From positions 1-64,000 of the forward strand of contig CAUYUJ010000196.1 in assembly GCA_963575745.1 (NCBI GenBank): 64,000 nt of DNA. Direction: 5' to 3'. This DNA comes from Prorocentrum cordatum (Eukaryota). Both the position numbers and the translations under genes were made by a program. Under the pieces are notes generated by a model. That model worked only from the letters and a program-made list of their open reading frames with translations. It was not told the DNA's origin and did not search any database. Positions 8,918-20,890 of this stretch are shown piece after piece. How positions within the stretch are numbered: position 1 is the first letter of the stretch; every line of letters begins with the position of its first letter.

Positions 8918-10591
8918 CTAGACCACGGGCCCGGGATCGCTCCCGAACACCTCCCAGGAGTCGAGGCTCGCCTCTGGGATCGTCGGCAACGGAGGACGTG
9001 TCGTAGTCGTAGTCGTTGCTCCCGACATGGTCGGCGTGGTAGTGGTCCTCGTCCCGTACGGGTCGGTAACCGTCCAGGGGCCCCCGTCTGCCGCCGTCGC
9101 CTGGTCGTCGATCGGTGGCGGGTAGGACGGCGGAGGAGGGCTGGCTGCCCCGGACGAAGATGCCGCCGCCGAGCCGGCCGCGCCGATGGCCGCTGTCGGG
9201 GCCTGGGGAAAGGGAGCGGCTGCCATCGCTGCTGCAGCTGCCTGCTGAGGAACGTGCCACTGGTCCTCGACCTGCTGCCCCCCGTTGGCCACGTGCGCTA
9301 TGGCCGCCACTGCCGTGCCCACGTTCACGAGCATGAACCCGATCTGGCCGATCGCTGTCTCCATCCCGGAGAGGGTGCCCGCGATGGCATTGACCGACTC
9401 CTGGAGCGTGTCGATGGCTATCGCGAAGTCCGCCATCCTGGTGAGCTGCGCCTTGATGGCGGTGATGCCCTGGAAGATCTGCCGGGGCCCTTCCTCCATC
9501 TGCGTGGGAAGCTGCTGTGTCTGCGTCGCGACCTGGATCATCTGGTCCACCACCGACTGTACCTGGCCCAGCGCTCGAACTCCTTCTGGAATCGCCTGGG
9601 GCTGCCACTGGAGACCCTGGAGCAGACCGTACAGCTGATTCACCGTCGTCAGCGCTGCACCGCCTGCCTTGAACTGCGGGTCGCTGGTCAGGAGGTCCAC
9701 CGCCCTCTGAGCGGATGACGCCGCTGCCCGCGCGGCCTCGGCCGCCGTCGGCACTGCCGGGGCACCTCCTTGACCAGCGCGGCCTCCGGGAATCCATGCA
9801 ATGCGCGCTCCGCAGAGAGTGCATCTCGATCCCGAGCCGCGCTGGTTTCCGTAGTACTTGATCGCCGAGGCTGGGTGACTGCAGTGGGGCGATGCCGTGG
9901 GAGGTGGCTTCCCCGCGGCTGGCCCGAACAGCACCCCTGGCGTCGGCGCCGTCGCTCCTCCTCCGACCGCCGTGGCAGCCGCCGCCCCCTCCGCTGCTGC
10001 GGCCGCCGGAGGCGGTCCTGGTGGCAGAGGTGGCTGGCCGCGGTGTTCGACACCCGCCTGGGCTAGGGCATACAGCGCCTGGTGCATCGTCGGCTGGATG
10101 GTCCCCTCGATCGGTGGAGCTGGGGGCCACTGAGACGCCTCTGCCGCCGCTCCCCACAGCGCTGGCTGCGGCTTCGATGCGGGTTGGTGCTGCTGAAGGT
10201 GCGGAGGAGGCGCCTTCGCCACCGGGGGGCTCGCCGCGGCCTGGGCGGGCCCGAGACTCATCGGCGTCGGCAGCCCACGCAACGCCGCGAGCACCTGGTG
10301 CTGCTGGTCGTCCGAGGCGCTGCTGGCTCCGTGCGACTGCTGGGGCATGGGCACGTCGCTGCCCGCCGCCGCCGTCGCCTCGCTGTGTGCCGCCGAGCCG
10401 GCTGCTCCGGCTGAGGGCTCGAACACCTCCGAGGACACCTCGGAGTCCTCCTCTCTCTCGGCGTGGCGCTGCGCCAGTAACTCCTCGGTAAGCTGCTTGG
10501 CCACAGGCTCCTTCTTCTGGCCTCCGACAACTGGGCGCGCGCCGAGAGCCATCACCATCGCCACACGAAACATGAACATGGAATGAATCAC
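8918..10591 (-). CDS. Internal ORF of the LTR element: low complexity, CxH...CxxC zinc-finger-like motif and a helical/coiled-coil segment
   Basis: 557-aa ORF containing CSHPASAIKYYGNQRGSGSRCTLCGARIAW, located downstream of the protease. Confidence 0.55.
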   Translation of the reverse strand: MIHSMFMFRVAMVMALGARPVVGGQKKEPVAKQLTEELLAQRHAEREEDSEVSSEVFEPSAGAAGSAAHSEATAAAGSDVPMPQQSHGASSASDDQQHQVLAALRGLPTPMSLGPAQAAASPPVAKAPPPHLQQHQPASKPQPALWGAAAEASQWPPAPPIEGTIQPTMHQALYALAQAGVEHRGQPPLPPGPPPAAAAAEGAAAATAVGGGATAPTPGVLFGPAAGKPPPTASPHCSHPASAIKYYGNQRGSGSRCTLCGARIAWIPGGRAGQGGAPAVPTAAEAARAAASSAQRAVDLLTSDPQFKAGGAALTTVNQLYGLLQGLQWQPQAIPEGVRALGQVQSVVDQMIQVATQTQQLPTQMEEGPRQIFQGITAIKAQLTRMADFAIAIDTLQESVNAIAGTLSGMETAIGQIGFMLVNVGTAVAAIAHVANGGQQVEDQWHVPQQAAAAAMAAAPFPQAPTAAIGAAGSAAASSSGAASPPPPSYPPPIDDQATAADGGPWTVTDPYGTRTTTTPTMSGATTTTTTRPPLPTIPEASLDSWEVFGSDPGPVV

Positions 10592-10647
10592 CCAGGATTT
10601 GACTCCGAAGGTGATCGAGATTGGAAGCTTGGAATCGCCGAAACGAA

Positions 10648-10670
10648 TTTGAGCCCAAACTGGCCGCGGA
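10648..10670 (-). other. Degenerate spliced-leader relic upstream of the 557-aa ORF
   Basis: Minus strand TCCGCGGCCAGTTTGGGCTCAAA matches 18/22 DinoSL positions with one gap. Confidence 0.45.
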
Positions 10671-10865
10671 AATCACCGAGACAATCTGAACCCACATGGT
10701 TGCCGCCGAGAAACCGAGAGCTCCGAGGTCGTAAATGGCCCTGCCCACTGATCTGAGGTCGAGGGCTCTGGTCGTCTCGCTGGCCTGGCTCTGGTGGCAC
10801 TCCTCATCCCTAGCTTCTCCGCGGGATCCCGAGGCCCGGACCGTCGCTAGTCTGCTCCGCTGAGC

Positions 10866-12215
10866 TCATGGCTGGCGCTGGTCGCTAAACTCGAGCTCGA
10901 TCGATAAGCGTCGTCCCCAGGCTCGGCCCCGGAGTACGGCACTGCACTTCATTCGATTGAAGCTGAGGGGGAGGAGGTAGAGGACAACCCTGTCAGCGCT
11001 CATCTCCCCGCTGGCGCTCATCACAGGTGGCGATTGCCCAGCGGCCAATACAAAGGAAGACGCTGTCAGAAAAGGATACTTCCGAAGCGCACTGTCTGGG
11101 GTAGCGTGGCCCCCCCTAGTCTCCCGCACGATATCGGCCATGCGGTGACTGGAGCCCAGCTTGGTGACAGGAATGCCCTGAGCTAGAAACTGCGAAATCA
11201 AAAGGTAACGGGGAAGGTCGAGCACGCAGCCTAGGAAATCCAGCAGGTTGACACTCAGTATATGCGGAACGTCCTCGCTCAGCACCGCGGCCTCCGCAAC
11301 TCCCATCACTCCGCCGAGGCGCATCGGATACAGGATGGTACAGATCACTTTTGCCTCGCCTCCGATGTCATGCGCCTTCTTGGGCGCCTTGAACTCTCCT
11401 GGCACTACTGCGTAGCGAAGACCGTGACGAGCCAGCGCCGCGGCCTCTCGGTTCAGCGATGGCAGTCCCACTATGTCACTGCCGGCCCCTGGGTCCACGA
11501 GGCCCTGCGTCGCAGAGGCGTTGAGGTAGACCTCGATGGCCTGCGCCTCGTTCCGGATGCCCTGCAGCTTCTCGAGCTCGTCGTTGCCCATGATCGGATA
11601 GCTGCAGCCGTCGAACGTGTGCCCAGCCAGGCCTCGCTTTGACCGATCAGGTCCCTTGCCGCTGTCCTTCTTCCGCGGCTGAGGACACCCCCGTGACCAG
11701 TGGCCGTTCTCGTTGCAATTCTTGCAGCGGGTGACCTTCATGAGCCTGAGGATCCTCTGACTCGTGGCGCCGGTATCCTCCGGCCTGTCTCCTCGGCCTC
11801 GGCCGCGCGCGCGGCCTCGGCCGCCTGCGCCGCCTCGACCACCGCCACCACGACGTCCGTCGTCGTCACCCCGGCGAAGTCGTGCACCGTAGAACTCGCG
11901 GTCCTGCTTCGCCGCGCGCTTCAGGTCCTTGTTCTGCTTCCAGGACCTGCGCTGCACCTTGCCTGTCATCTGCACGAAGGCCTCGGTGGCATCGTCCTCG
12001 TCGAGATCCAGATCCTCAATCTCCACCAAAATGGCCATGAGGTCTGTCTCGGATAGCTCCTCGTCTTCGTCTGGGTCCTCTCCCGACTCGTCGTAGTACG
12101 ATTCTTCGTCCTGTCGAGCGGTCCCGGAGCCCGAGACCTGGTAAGCCTGGGAGGACGGATGAGGAAGAGGGAGAGAGCTGTGGCCCCGCCCGTCCTCGCC
12201 GTCTTCTGCGGCCAA
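10866..12215 (-). CDS. Gag C-terminus (CCHC zinc knuckle) and retropepsin-like aspartic protease
   Basis: Knuckle RCKNCNENGHWSRGCP; protease-like GLVDPGAGSDIVG ... VPHILSVNLLDFLG. Confidence 0.8.
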   Translation of the reverse strand: MAAEDGEDGRGHSSLPLPHPSSQAYQVSGSGTARQDEESYYDESGEDPDEDEELSETDLMAILVEIEDLDLDEDDATEAFVQMTGKVQRRSWKQNKDLKRAAKQDREFYGARLRRGDDDGRRGGGGRGGAGGRGRARGRGRGDRPEDTGATSQRILRLMKVTRCKNCNENGHWSRGCPQPRKKDSGKGPDRSKRGLAGHTFDGCSYPIMGNDELEKLQGIRNEAQAIEVYLNASATQGLVDPGAGSDIVGLPSLNREAAALARHGLRYAVVPGEFKAPKKAHDIGGEAKVICTILYPMRLGGVMGVAEAAVLSEDVPHILSVNLLDFLGCVLDLPRYLLISQFLAQGIPVTKLGSSHRMADIVRETRGGHATPDSALRKYPFLTASSFVLAAGQSPPVMSASGEMSADRVVLYLLPLSFNRMKCSAVLRGRAWGRRLSIELEFSDQRQP

Positions 12216-12272
12216 GACTGGGTGCGAGGCACTGCTGCCAGGCAGCAGCTTCTCGCCGCTGCCGTAGTCGAG

Positions 12273-13462
12273 CTACCTGAGAGCCCAGGCCACGCCCCTG
12301 TAGTCCAGGCCGCCCTTGGTGAGGGCGCGCAGGTTCTGTTGACCTTGCGCGCTCAGTCCTGCACCCTCCTCGAGCATGAGACCCATCATCTTGTCTGACA
12401 TCCATATGTCGCGGCTCTCGGCGTCGGTCATCTGCTGATCGCGCCTCGCCACGAACTGCTTGAGGCTCTCCTTCGAGCCCTTCGTGCACTCGAGCAGTGC
12501 CCTGCGACCTGCTCGGCGCATGTCGTCGCCCTCTCGCTGGCCGCTCATGAGGTCCATTCTCTCGAGGAGGGTGTCCAGCCAGGGGGGGCCGCACAGCACG
12601 TTCTCGCTAATGTCCTCGAACTTCGCCTGCATCGTCCAGTCGAACAGCTTCAAGAAGCGCTCCGGCCGCCTCCACAGCTGCACGTCAGTGTCGCGGCTCC
12701 ACGGCTGGATCGCCTTTTTTCCACAGGCGGTAGTGGCCCCATCCCGGCCAGGTAGGCGGGTCTGAGTAGTCGCCTTTTGACCAGCCGCCCTCGTTCCAGT
12801 TGTGGTTCCTCCAGCCGCCCTTGTCGGCGTCCTTCCAGTCGGAGTCCCTGACGCCGTCTCGCTTGGTGTCCTGCTGCTGTCGGCCCCCGGGGCCCCACTT
12901 GTTTGTCGTCAGGCTCCGGCTGTCCACTCTTCCATGGATCGCGGCCGTCGCTCCAGGGATCCTGGCCCCTTGAGCTCTCCTGCCGGCCGCCCTTGGTGCC
13001 GCCGTAGTCGTCGTCTGCGCCGGCGGCGCTGTTGCTGAGCCCTGGGCCGAAGTTTTTCGCTGCGTCCTTCACGGCCTGCCGGATCAGCTGCTTCAGCTGC
13101 TCTGTGACCTGTGGATTCGAGCTCGCCGCGCCTCCGACAGGTGGCGGTGGCGCCGTCCCCTCCCCAGTCCCCTCCGACTGGGCTGAGCGCCCTCCGCCGA
13201 TGACGGCGTACGTCTCGTTCTTCTCATCTCCTGGGCCAGTGTCGTCTGGCCCTGGCATCAATGCCTGCCGTGAATCGGCGCTCTGTCCAGTCCGGTGAGA
13301 GCAGCGCCCGCACAACCGCCCGAGCTGCCCCCGGCACCACCGCTGATCAGCGGTACATGGAGGCGCCCATGCATGCCGCGCCGAACACTGCTCCGCTACC
13401 AACTGTGGCAGCAGCAGGATAAGCAGATGCATTTTGGCCTTGAGCCAGAAAGCGGCAACCAC
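12273..13462 (-). pseudogene. Gag N-terminal/capsid-like region, broken by frameshifts and a stop
   Basis: ORF fragments 12650-13462, 12685-12927 (DPPTWPGWGHYRLWKK) and 12273-12683 (ESLKQFVARR...GLMLEEGAGLS) tile into the knuckle ORF. Confidence 0.65.
13439..13460 (-). other. Spliced-leader-like relic at the start of gag
   Basis: Minus strand GGTTGCCGCTTTCTGGCTCAAG, whose TGGCTCAAG is the exact SL 3' end. Confidence 0.45.
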
Positions 13463-13517
13463 AGTACATCCTTCCCTGAAACACGTACGAACAATCCTGG
13501 CCTCCCGTGAGCTGGAA

Positions 13518-13923
13518 TGTTGGGCTTCACGGGAAAGAACATTATGCTAAACCTATGTCGATAAAACAGGAGAGTCTCCACACATTGATGATGATGCGGA
13601 TGACGGTGATGATGATGCGGTGAGAAGATTCAATCTACGATTCGTATTTCCCCCGGTGATAATGAAGATCGGCCCCGCCAGTCCCCACCGCCGACCAAAA
13701 ATGTATTGGCCGGAGATAATCAACACTCAGGTCTTAGGGGAGGATGCTTCATTATCTGGCGCATGCGGTTAAGCGACCGCCGGCAACCCGAAAAGGAGTC
13801 GCTGCAGGAGTCCTGGCAGGCGAAGGAAAAGACAAGGGAGGCGCATGAGTGCACCCTGGCCGAAAACGTCAAAGAACGACGGCGGAACCGACACACGCAC
13901 GAAGCAGTGGGAAGTCTGGAACA
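13518..13923 (-). repeat. Candidate 5' LTR (~406 bp, TGTT...AACA)
   Basis: TGTT/AACA inverted termini directly upstream of gag. The partner LTR is not in the window. Confidence 0.5.
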
Positions 13924-15054
13924 CTCGGACAAATAGCCTGGAAATCGGCCACACGCACGGGTGGCCCTAGATTGACCTCCGGTGCGCGGCGCTGAAGGGG
14001 CCGCGGGAAGGCCGAATCCAAATGGTCAGGCCAGCGCTAAGATGCAAGGGCGACACGTGTGGGCCCGCACCAAAAATCCGTCTGGCGAAGGGCCGCTCAT
14101 ACTCGTGACCGGGGGGGGGAAGATCAGGGGGCCGGAACTCCAGCCTCCAGCATACCTTTGCATCGGCAGCCGTTCGCTCTGCGCCGCTGCGGTAAGCAGC
14201 CCGAGCCCACCCAGCGGGGCACCCAGGGCGCGGAGGAGAGAACAGGGGACCGCGGCCGCAGCTGAAAGCGGCGGACGGACAGCGGGGAGAGAGCACTTAC
14301 GCCGCAACACCCACACACACATTTTCTCCCCTGCCAGCGATGCAACACTGCAGCCGCGGTGAACAATGATGGGCCCCATTGGTGTTGGTTGCATTCAGCT
14401 TTGTGGGTGAGGCCAATTTGCTTAGAGAGCGGCAGGACGAGAAACCCGTCCAAAACGAGCAGGGAGAACACACACACACACACACACAAGTGCCCTCTCA
14501 GTCGACCCAGGATCCTGGCCTCGTGAGGCTATCACAGCGTGGGCGTCTGGAACTCTCGCCCCCTCCCCCCCTCCCCACGACCGACTTGTTTACGCCGGCG
14601 GGCCGCTTTCTGACGGACCTCCAGGGCCGGAAGCGGTGCCCGAAGCCGGCCGAGGCCAAGGAAAGAACGCCCGCCGTCGCTTTGCTACTTTCCGAAGCGC
14701 TAGACAGGAACGCGGCTGGCACGCCCGCCCCGCACCGCCCCCCGGGGCTCCCTTCGGAGACCGCTCGGCGTCCGAGCCCGCTCGGCCACCTCGGCGGCCG
14801 AGCGGGCTGGAGTGCCGCGATCCCGTCGGAACGGAGCCCGTTCGGCTCCCCACTCGGCGGTCGAACAGTAGCCCGCCGTCGCGCGCGCGCGGGGGCGGCG
14901 GGCGCCTCCCCAGCCGGCGGGCCAGCGGCGTGGTCCGCGGCGCGCGCCAGCGGCGACGCTGGGGGGAGGAACGAGGGGAGGGAGGGGGGGGGGGAGGAGG
15001 AGGAGGAGGAGGATCATAGCAAACCCAAGATGCGCGAAAAATGCCCCAATCCGC

Positions 15055-15231
15055 AGTACAGCCGGACCTGGGCCAGGATGACATGAGAGCCCTCCGTCGG
15101 CCAAAACAAACAGAACATCCAAGGGCGTCCTCCCCAAAATGCAAAAATAACATCCAACACGCACGAAGAACATCAACCAAAGTACCCTCCCCGAACCGGC
15201 CTCGACCTTACAACTCGGTCCGACTGTACAC
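15055..15231 (+). repeat. Dispersed repeat, copy 1 (copy 2 at ~61737-61920)
   Basis: Shared blocks ccctccgtcggccaaaac, tcctcccca, acatccaacac, gtaccctcccc and ctcggtccgactgtacac. Confidence 0.8.
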
Positions 15232-15457
15232 CCTCCCGTCGCGGGTCCGGCAACGGGCAACCGCGCGATGTTCTAAACTCGCTATGTTTCCGCATTCAGG
15301 ATCGACGCTTTCTTTGGTTACCATTTTCTTTCGGGTTTGTGGGATCTGGAGCCGCCGTTTCTTTCAATTACGAGCTCTGTTTTTTCATTCGTTTTCGGTA
15401 TCAATTTTCTTCCCGTTTTCAGGTCCAGAAACGGACTGCGCCTTGCCGCGCCGTTTT

Positions 15458-15557
15458 TGTTGTTGTTGTTGGTGGTGGTGTTGGTGTTGGTGTTGGTGTT
15501 TCTGTTGCTGTTTCTGTTGCTGTTGCTGTTGTTGTTGTTGTTGCTGTTGTTGTTGTT
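15458..15557. repeat. (GTT)n/(GCT/GGT) microsatellite
   Basis: Directly visible. Confidence 0.9.
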
Positions 15558-16268
15558 AGTGACTTCTCATTTCTGAAGAATCATTATTGTTGATCCCCCC
15601 GCCGGTGCATACTGTTTTTTCTCAGTCAAAGTGTGCCCCTCGACGCTCGCACCCTGTGTTTTGACAAGGAAAATCTTCCTGGTCAAACTGGGCCCATGGG
15701 CCCCCGGGTTACAACAACAACAACGGCTCCCGCCTGAGACTTCCTTACAGTTTAGCCAGGACCCCAGCTCCTGTTCGAGACTTCCTCGCATGTTATTCAG
15801 GAATCGCGTTTTCGCTTGGGACTTCTTTACTATTTATTCAAGAGTCGCCTTCCCGGCGCTCTGGAGTCGCGCTCTCGCTGGAGACTTGCTTGCAACTTAC
15901 TGAAGAATGGCCTTGCGTTGGAATTTCCTGCAATTTCCCCAAGCGCCGCGCTCCCGAAACCCAGGCACCCAGGAGTCGCGCCCTTTGTGGCCCCATGTGC
16001 ATGCCCTTCGTGGCCCCGCTGTCGCCATTTGTGTCCCCCTCACTGTCCTACGTGGCAAGTTGCTACCCTCAGTGGCCCCATAGTTGCCTTCTGTGGCCCC
16101 GCATTATCTGCACTTCGTGGCCCCCGTTCGTTCGAGCTCACGCATTCCCTTTGTGTCCCCGCTGTCGCCCTTCGTGGCCTACTTCGTGCCCTTCGTGGCC
16201 CTGCTGTAGTTCTCTCTCGCTCTCGCTTTCGCTCGTCGTCGCCGCCGTCGTCGTCGCCGTCGTCTTCG

Positions 16269-16304
<36 letters not shown>

Positions 16305-16601
16305 TGGTCGGTCCCCTGTCCATCCCTCTTCGGGTCGGGTCGACGGTCCGCGGCCGCCCCGCCGATCAGCGCTGCCGTTGGCCAGGCCGACGGTCCGCGG
16401 CCGCCCCGCCGCCTGCCGGGGCCCGGCCTGCAGGGAAGAAAGGTATACCTCCCAAAAGGGGATCGATCGAAGACGAAGACAGCGGGTATCGAGGGTTTGG
16501 GAAATACGCGTTATTGGACACTCGAGCATGTAAGGGCGAACAGTCTTAAATTGGTTGGTGTTGTTGCTGCTGCTGCTGCTGCTGCTGTTGTTGTTGTTGT
16601 T

Positions 16602-18296
16602 GAACATTATTACTTCTAAAGAATAATTATTGTTGGGGCCCCTGGTGCACGGCCCCCTCGCCGCGCCTAGGCCGCAGCCATGTTTTCATCATTTTCGTGA
16701 GGAAGTCTCCGGCAAAACGGGTTGGTCCGGATCCGGTTGTTTTGTTGTAATCCGCTTTCCCTTGCAAAAAACAATATAAAATGACATTTCTTGTTCTAAC
16801 ATAACCAAACTTTCAAGAATCCCTTGCAAAAAATAGGGTAAAGTGGACATTCGCGCGCGCAAGACGAAATCCTTCCAAAACCTTAGTGTTCGTAGCGATT
16901 TTGACATAAAAACATAAAAAAAACAATGGCTTTTCAAAAACAAAGTGTCAAAATTTCATCCCGCGCGCTCTTGCGGATTTGTAGGAAACCCAACACTTTT
17001 TAAACATTTCTGTCAAACGGGCTTTTGCGAGCAACTTTTTCACGTGCTTCGAACTTCTCCAACAACGGTTGCGCACCTGCCAGGGCCATCATCCCTGTCA
17101 AATAATACCATGCGGGACACATTCGTTTTTCCTTCGCGCGCGCACGCCGAAATCTTCAAAAACCATTGGGTTTCTTAAGGATTTTAGCACCGCGCAACAT
17201 AAAATCATACGAATCGCACCGTACAGGTGTCCAGTGTTGGAACAGGGGGAAAAGTCGTATACTAAGCTAGCGTCCAGAAGATGTTACCACAACAAGTCAC
17301 TGTACCCATGCGCCAGTGTAGTAGCCACGGTCGTCCGCAGGCCACGAAGTGAAGTGTCCGAACGTCATAGGGCGGGAAGCTGGGTGTGGGTGGTGGCGAA
17401 GAGTCGTTTGGAAATTTGGTAGAGCTTGAACCGGCCCCCCCACAAAGTGGGGGTATTGCCCGCCTCCTATGAAAACCCTGGCACTGGTGAGAACGGAGTG
17501 TCCCCACGTGCTAGTAATTGTTGTTGTTGTTGTTGAACATTATTTATTCTAAAGAATAATTATTGTTGGGCCCCCTGGTGCGCGCCCCCCCTGCGCCGCC
17601 TAGGCCGCAGCTACATTTTCATCATTTTCGTGAGGAAGCCTCAGAAAAGAGGGTGTGTACAGGATCCGGTTGTTTTGTTGTAATCCGCTTTCCCTTGCAA
17701 AAAACAATAGAAAATTACATTTCTTGTTCTAATATAATCAAATTTCAAGAATCCCTTGCAAAAAATAAGGTAAAGTGGACATTCGCGCGCGCAAGACGAA
17801 ATCCTTCCAAAACCTTAGTGTTCGCAGCGATTTTAACATAAAAACATCAAAAAACCAATGGTTTTTCAACAAAAAAATGTCAAAATCTCATCCCGCGCGC
17901 TCTTGCGGATTCGTAGGAAACCCAACACTTTTTAAACATTTCTGTCAAACGGGCTTTTGCGAGCAACTTTTTCGAACTTCTGCGACAACGGTTGCGCACC
18001 TGCCAGGGCCATCATCCCTGTCAAATAATACCATGCGGGACACATTCGTTTTTTCTTCGCGCGCGCACGCCGTCGTCGTCGGCCGCGGGGCCCTGAATAG
18101 TAGCCACGGTCGTCCGCATGCCACGAAGTGAAGTGTCCGAACGTCATAGGGCGGGAAGCTGGGTGTGGGTGGTGGCGAAGAGTCGTTTGGAAATTTGGTA
18201 GAGCTTGAACCGGCCCCCCCACAAAGTGGGGGTATTGCCCGCCTCCTATGAAAACCCTGGCACTGGTGAGAACGGAGTGTCCCCACGTGCTAGTAA
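16602..18296. repeat. Tandem duplication of a ~0.8-0.9 kb non-coding unit (16602-17517 and 17535-18296), each unit bounded by (GTT)n
   Basis: Both units start gaacattat...ttctaaagaataattattgttggg and end ggagtgtccccacgtgctagtaa. Unit 2 has ~170 bp of unit 1 replaced by ~30 bp. Confidence 0.9.
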
Positions 18297-18297
18297 G

Positions 18298-18336
<39 letters not shown>

Positions 18337-20890
18337 GTGTTTTGTGTTGTTGCTTTGTTTTCTCGTTTTACAGCTTTTGACGCGTGTTCAATGCGCTTTC
18401 AACTCACCCACAAGCGCCGATCATGTTTGAACCGTTTCGACGCTGCGTTCTCCCACGTTTTGGCACTCCGCTTTCTGTTCGCTTTCAGCTCGATCACGAA
18501 TCGTTTCGAAATCCGTTAGGGAACCGAACTATATACACCGACGCCTCTGTCTGGCCTCACACTGAATCTCGCACAAAGAAGCGGATCCTGGTGTATACGG
18601 GACCCTGATCTACATTCTTCGTTGTTTCCCCAAGGAAAGGGGGGGAACAACTATACACCACACCATCCCGACGTCGCCCCCGACCCACAAGAAAGTCCTA
18701 GGATTGAGAAACCGCCCGCCACTGGTAATGTATATGCTCCAATTTCCGATTTGTGCTACAATGCTGTTTCCGTCTTGGTCGACCGCAACCAGAAAAAAAT
18801 GAAAACGCTAGAAAACGCGACCAACCGCTTTTGAGAACGGCTGGGCCGACAGGCGCCAGGCCGCGAGCGGCGTCAGATACCCTGGCTCCCGCACACCACA
18901 AAGGACGCACGCGCCAAGCTATACCTTCTCGCCATCTTGATTTCAGGTCGAACGGAGCATTTTGAAGGACAAAATCTAATAAGGCGGGTACTCGCCCTGA
19001 GACCACATGTTGTACGTGCGGTCGGTTTTATCGACTGAATCTCGAGATTTAGAGCAGCTGCAGAAGTTTCATGTGTACCAATTGCTTGAGCGGCCTCCCA
19101 GTCCGCGAACAGGCCTCGAGGTACGAACGCTCGCGCTACGTCCAATCTCGACCCCCCCCCCCGCGAACTCGTGTACGCGTGCGTCCTTTTATCGATCCTG
19201 CGTCGAGCAGGCAGCCCTAGCGCGACGGAGGCACTGAGGGGGGCCTCCCAGCAACGCTCTCGCGGTGGCGCGAGCGAGGACGCACGAGCATGCGGGACCG
19301 AGGAGGAGCAGCGGGTTCGGGTTCGCGCTCAGCGGGCAGGGGGGGCGGGGGAGGCCCTGAGATCTGCTGCTGATGTGCACGCGGGGGGCGCGCGTGCTCA
19401 TCCCCCCGCTCCTCCATCGCCGCCTCCGTTTCTGTTCCCTCCCTACCCCCTCTCGATGATCCTGCGAGCGCGTGGCAGTGCCAGTGTGTGCCTGTCCGTC
19501 GAGCATCTTCAATAACTATGCCGCAGGCTGTGCCAGAAGGGCAAATAGGCCGCGCGCCATGGGTGGAGCCGAACAGGGTCAACAAACATTGGGCCGCCAC
19601 ACGTCCTGAGGTTCATCGACCATCCCGCGGACCCTGGGCTTCTTTCTAGCGGTGCTGCACCCCATGGACGATCGGACGTCGGCCGGCCAAGCTGTCGGCG
19701 CCGATTTCCCCTGGCGCCCGAAGCCGGCCGATCCGCCCGCGCTGTCCCCAGGAGGGGGCGCGTCGCGCGGAAGCCAGAAGCCGTGCACGACCACGGAGCC
19801 CTCGCCAGGCCCATCCTGGGCCCGAGGCTGGTGCACAGGCCCGCCTGTCCCAGACCAGGGCGGCCTTCGCGCTGAGGCGCACGCCCCAACATGGGCCCGG
19901 ACAGGGCCTCGTGGTGTGCCGTGCCTCCGGCAACCGCTGCGTGGTCCCCCGAGGCTGCCGCTCCCGCAGATCCCCGCTGCCGTTAGTTCTTGGCCGCCCT
20001 GCCTCATCCTCCTCCTGCTCCAGCTCCAGCTCCTGTTAATTTTCTTCCCCTTGTGAAGAACTGCTCCCTGTCGCACCCCGAGGCCAGTCGAAAGGGTGGG
20101 CCGGGCGTTTCGCCCGAGACTTCGCTACCACTTATGAGCCTGAAGCTTTGAAACTGACCACAGATTCACAGGTGGAGGGCGGGTCGCTTCCAACATGTGG
20201 TTCTCGCTTTTTGCACAGCGCACACTCGTCTTAAAGATTTGCAAAGGCTTCACGGATTAGAGATACATTGTTTTTAATGTGACTCTCGCCTGAACGCCGC
20301 GCACTTGCGTCGTACACATTTGCACAAGGTGTCATAGGTTGAGGGCGGTTCCTCTTCAAAATATGGCTCTCGCTTGAGCGCCGCGCAAATTCGTTTCAAC
20401 AAATTGTGAGAGCTTCACGTGTCGTCCTGGTCACCTTCCAGAAATGATGTTTTAAAACGATTCAGGACCGTCAGGGCGCAACACTTCCTTGAACTCGCGG
20501 TGCTGAAGTCCCAGGATCGGTGTTCTGGCACGATTCAGGATTGTCAAGACGCAGCAGCAGGTTGACTCGTGCCGTTGAAGTCTTGAGAGCAATGTTCTGG
20601 CACGCGTCAAAATTTGCACACCGTTGCCCCGCAAGGGCGCACTTCCGTCAATGGAAAACGAACCCTTGTAGGAACCACCCCTTCTGGTTGCTTGGTCGTG
20701 CCGTGCCTGGTGTCGATTTTGGTGGCGTACTTGGTGCCGTACTGGGGGTGGCTCTCGTCCTCCTGCTGCCTGTTGAGCAGCTCATTCTCATACTTGGGCT
20801 GCCTCTTACGCAGCTCGCGTACTTGGGCTATCTGCTACGCAGCCCGTAACTGGACAACTGGGCGCCCTCGCCAAAGCGGCCATAACAATG

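Larger units (their letters stand above)
8590..13923 (-). mobile_element. 5' portion of an LTR retrotransposon (LTR-gag-CCHC-protease-extra ORF), interrupted by the DIRS-like element
   Basis: Candidate LTR, Gag-like region, CCHC knuckle and aspartic protease on the same strand. IN/RT are not seen, so copia versus gypsy is undetermined. Confidence 0.7.

Noticed and set aside
8586..10748. 720-aa minus-strand ORF overlapping the 557-aa ORF
   Set aside because: Arg/Gly-rich shadow frame of GC-rich coding sequence; only its last ~30 codons may be real.
15041..16619. ORFs with poly-C, poly-L, poly-S or poly-V runs (also 25403-26305, 26732-27274, 28878-29837, 59983-60963, 62110-63395)
   Set aside because: Translations of microsatellites.
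19980..20850. Possible host exons on the minus strand (QELELEQEEDE; IAQVRELRKRQPKYENELLNRQQEDE)
   Set aside because: Short, with no recognisable family and ambiguous splice sites; needs RNA-seq.
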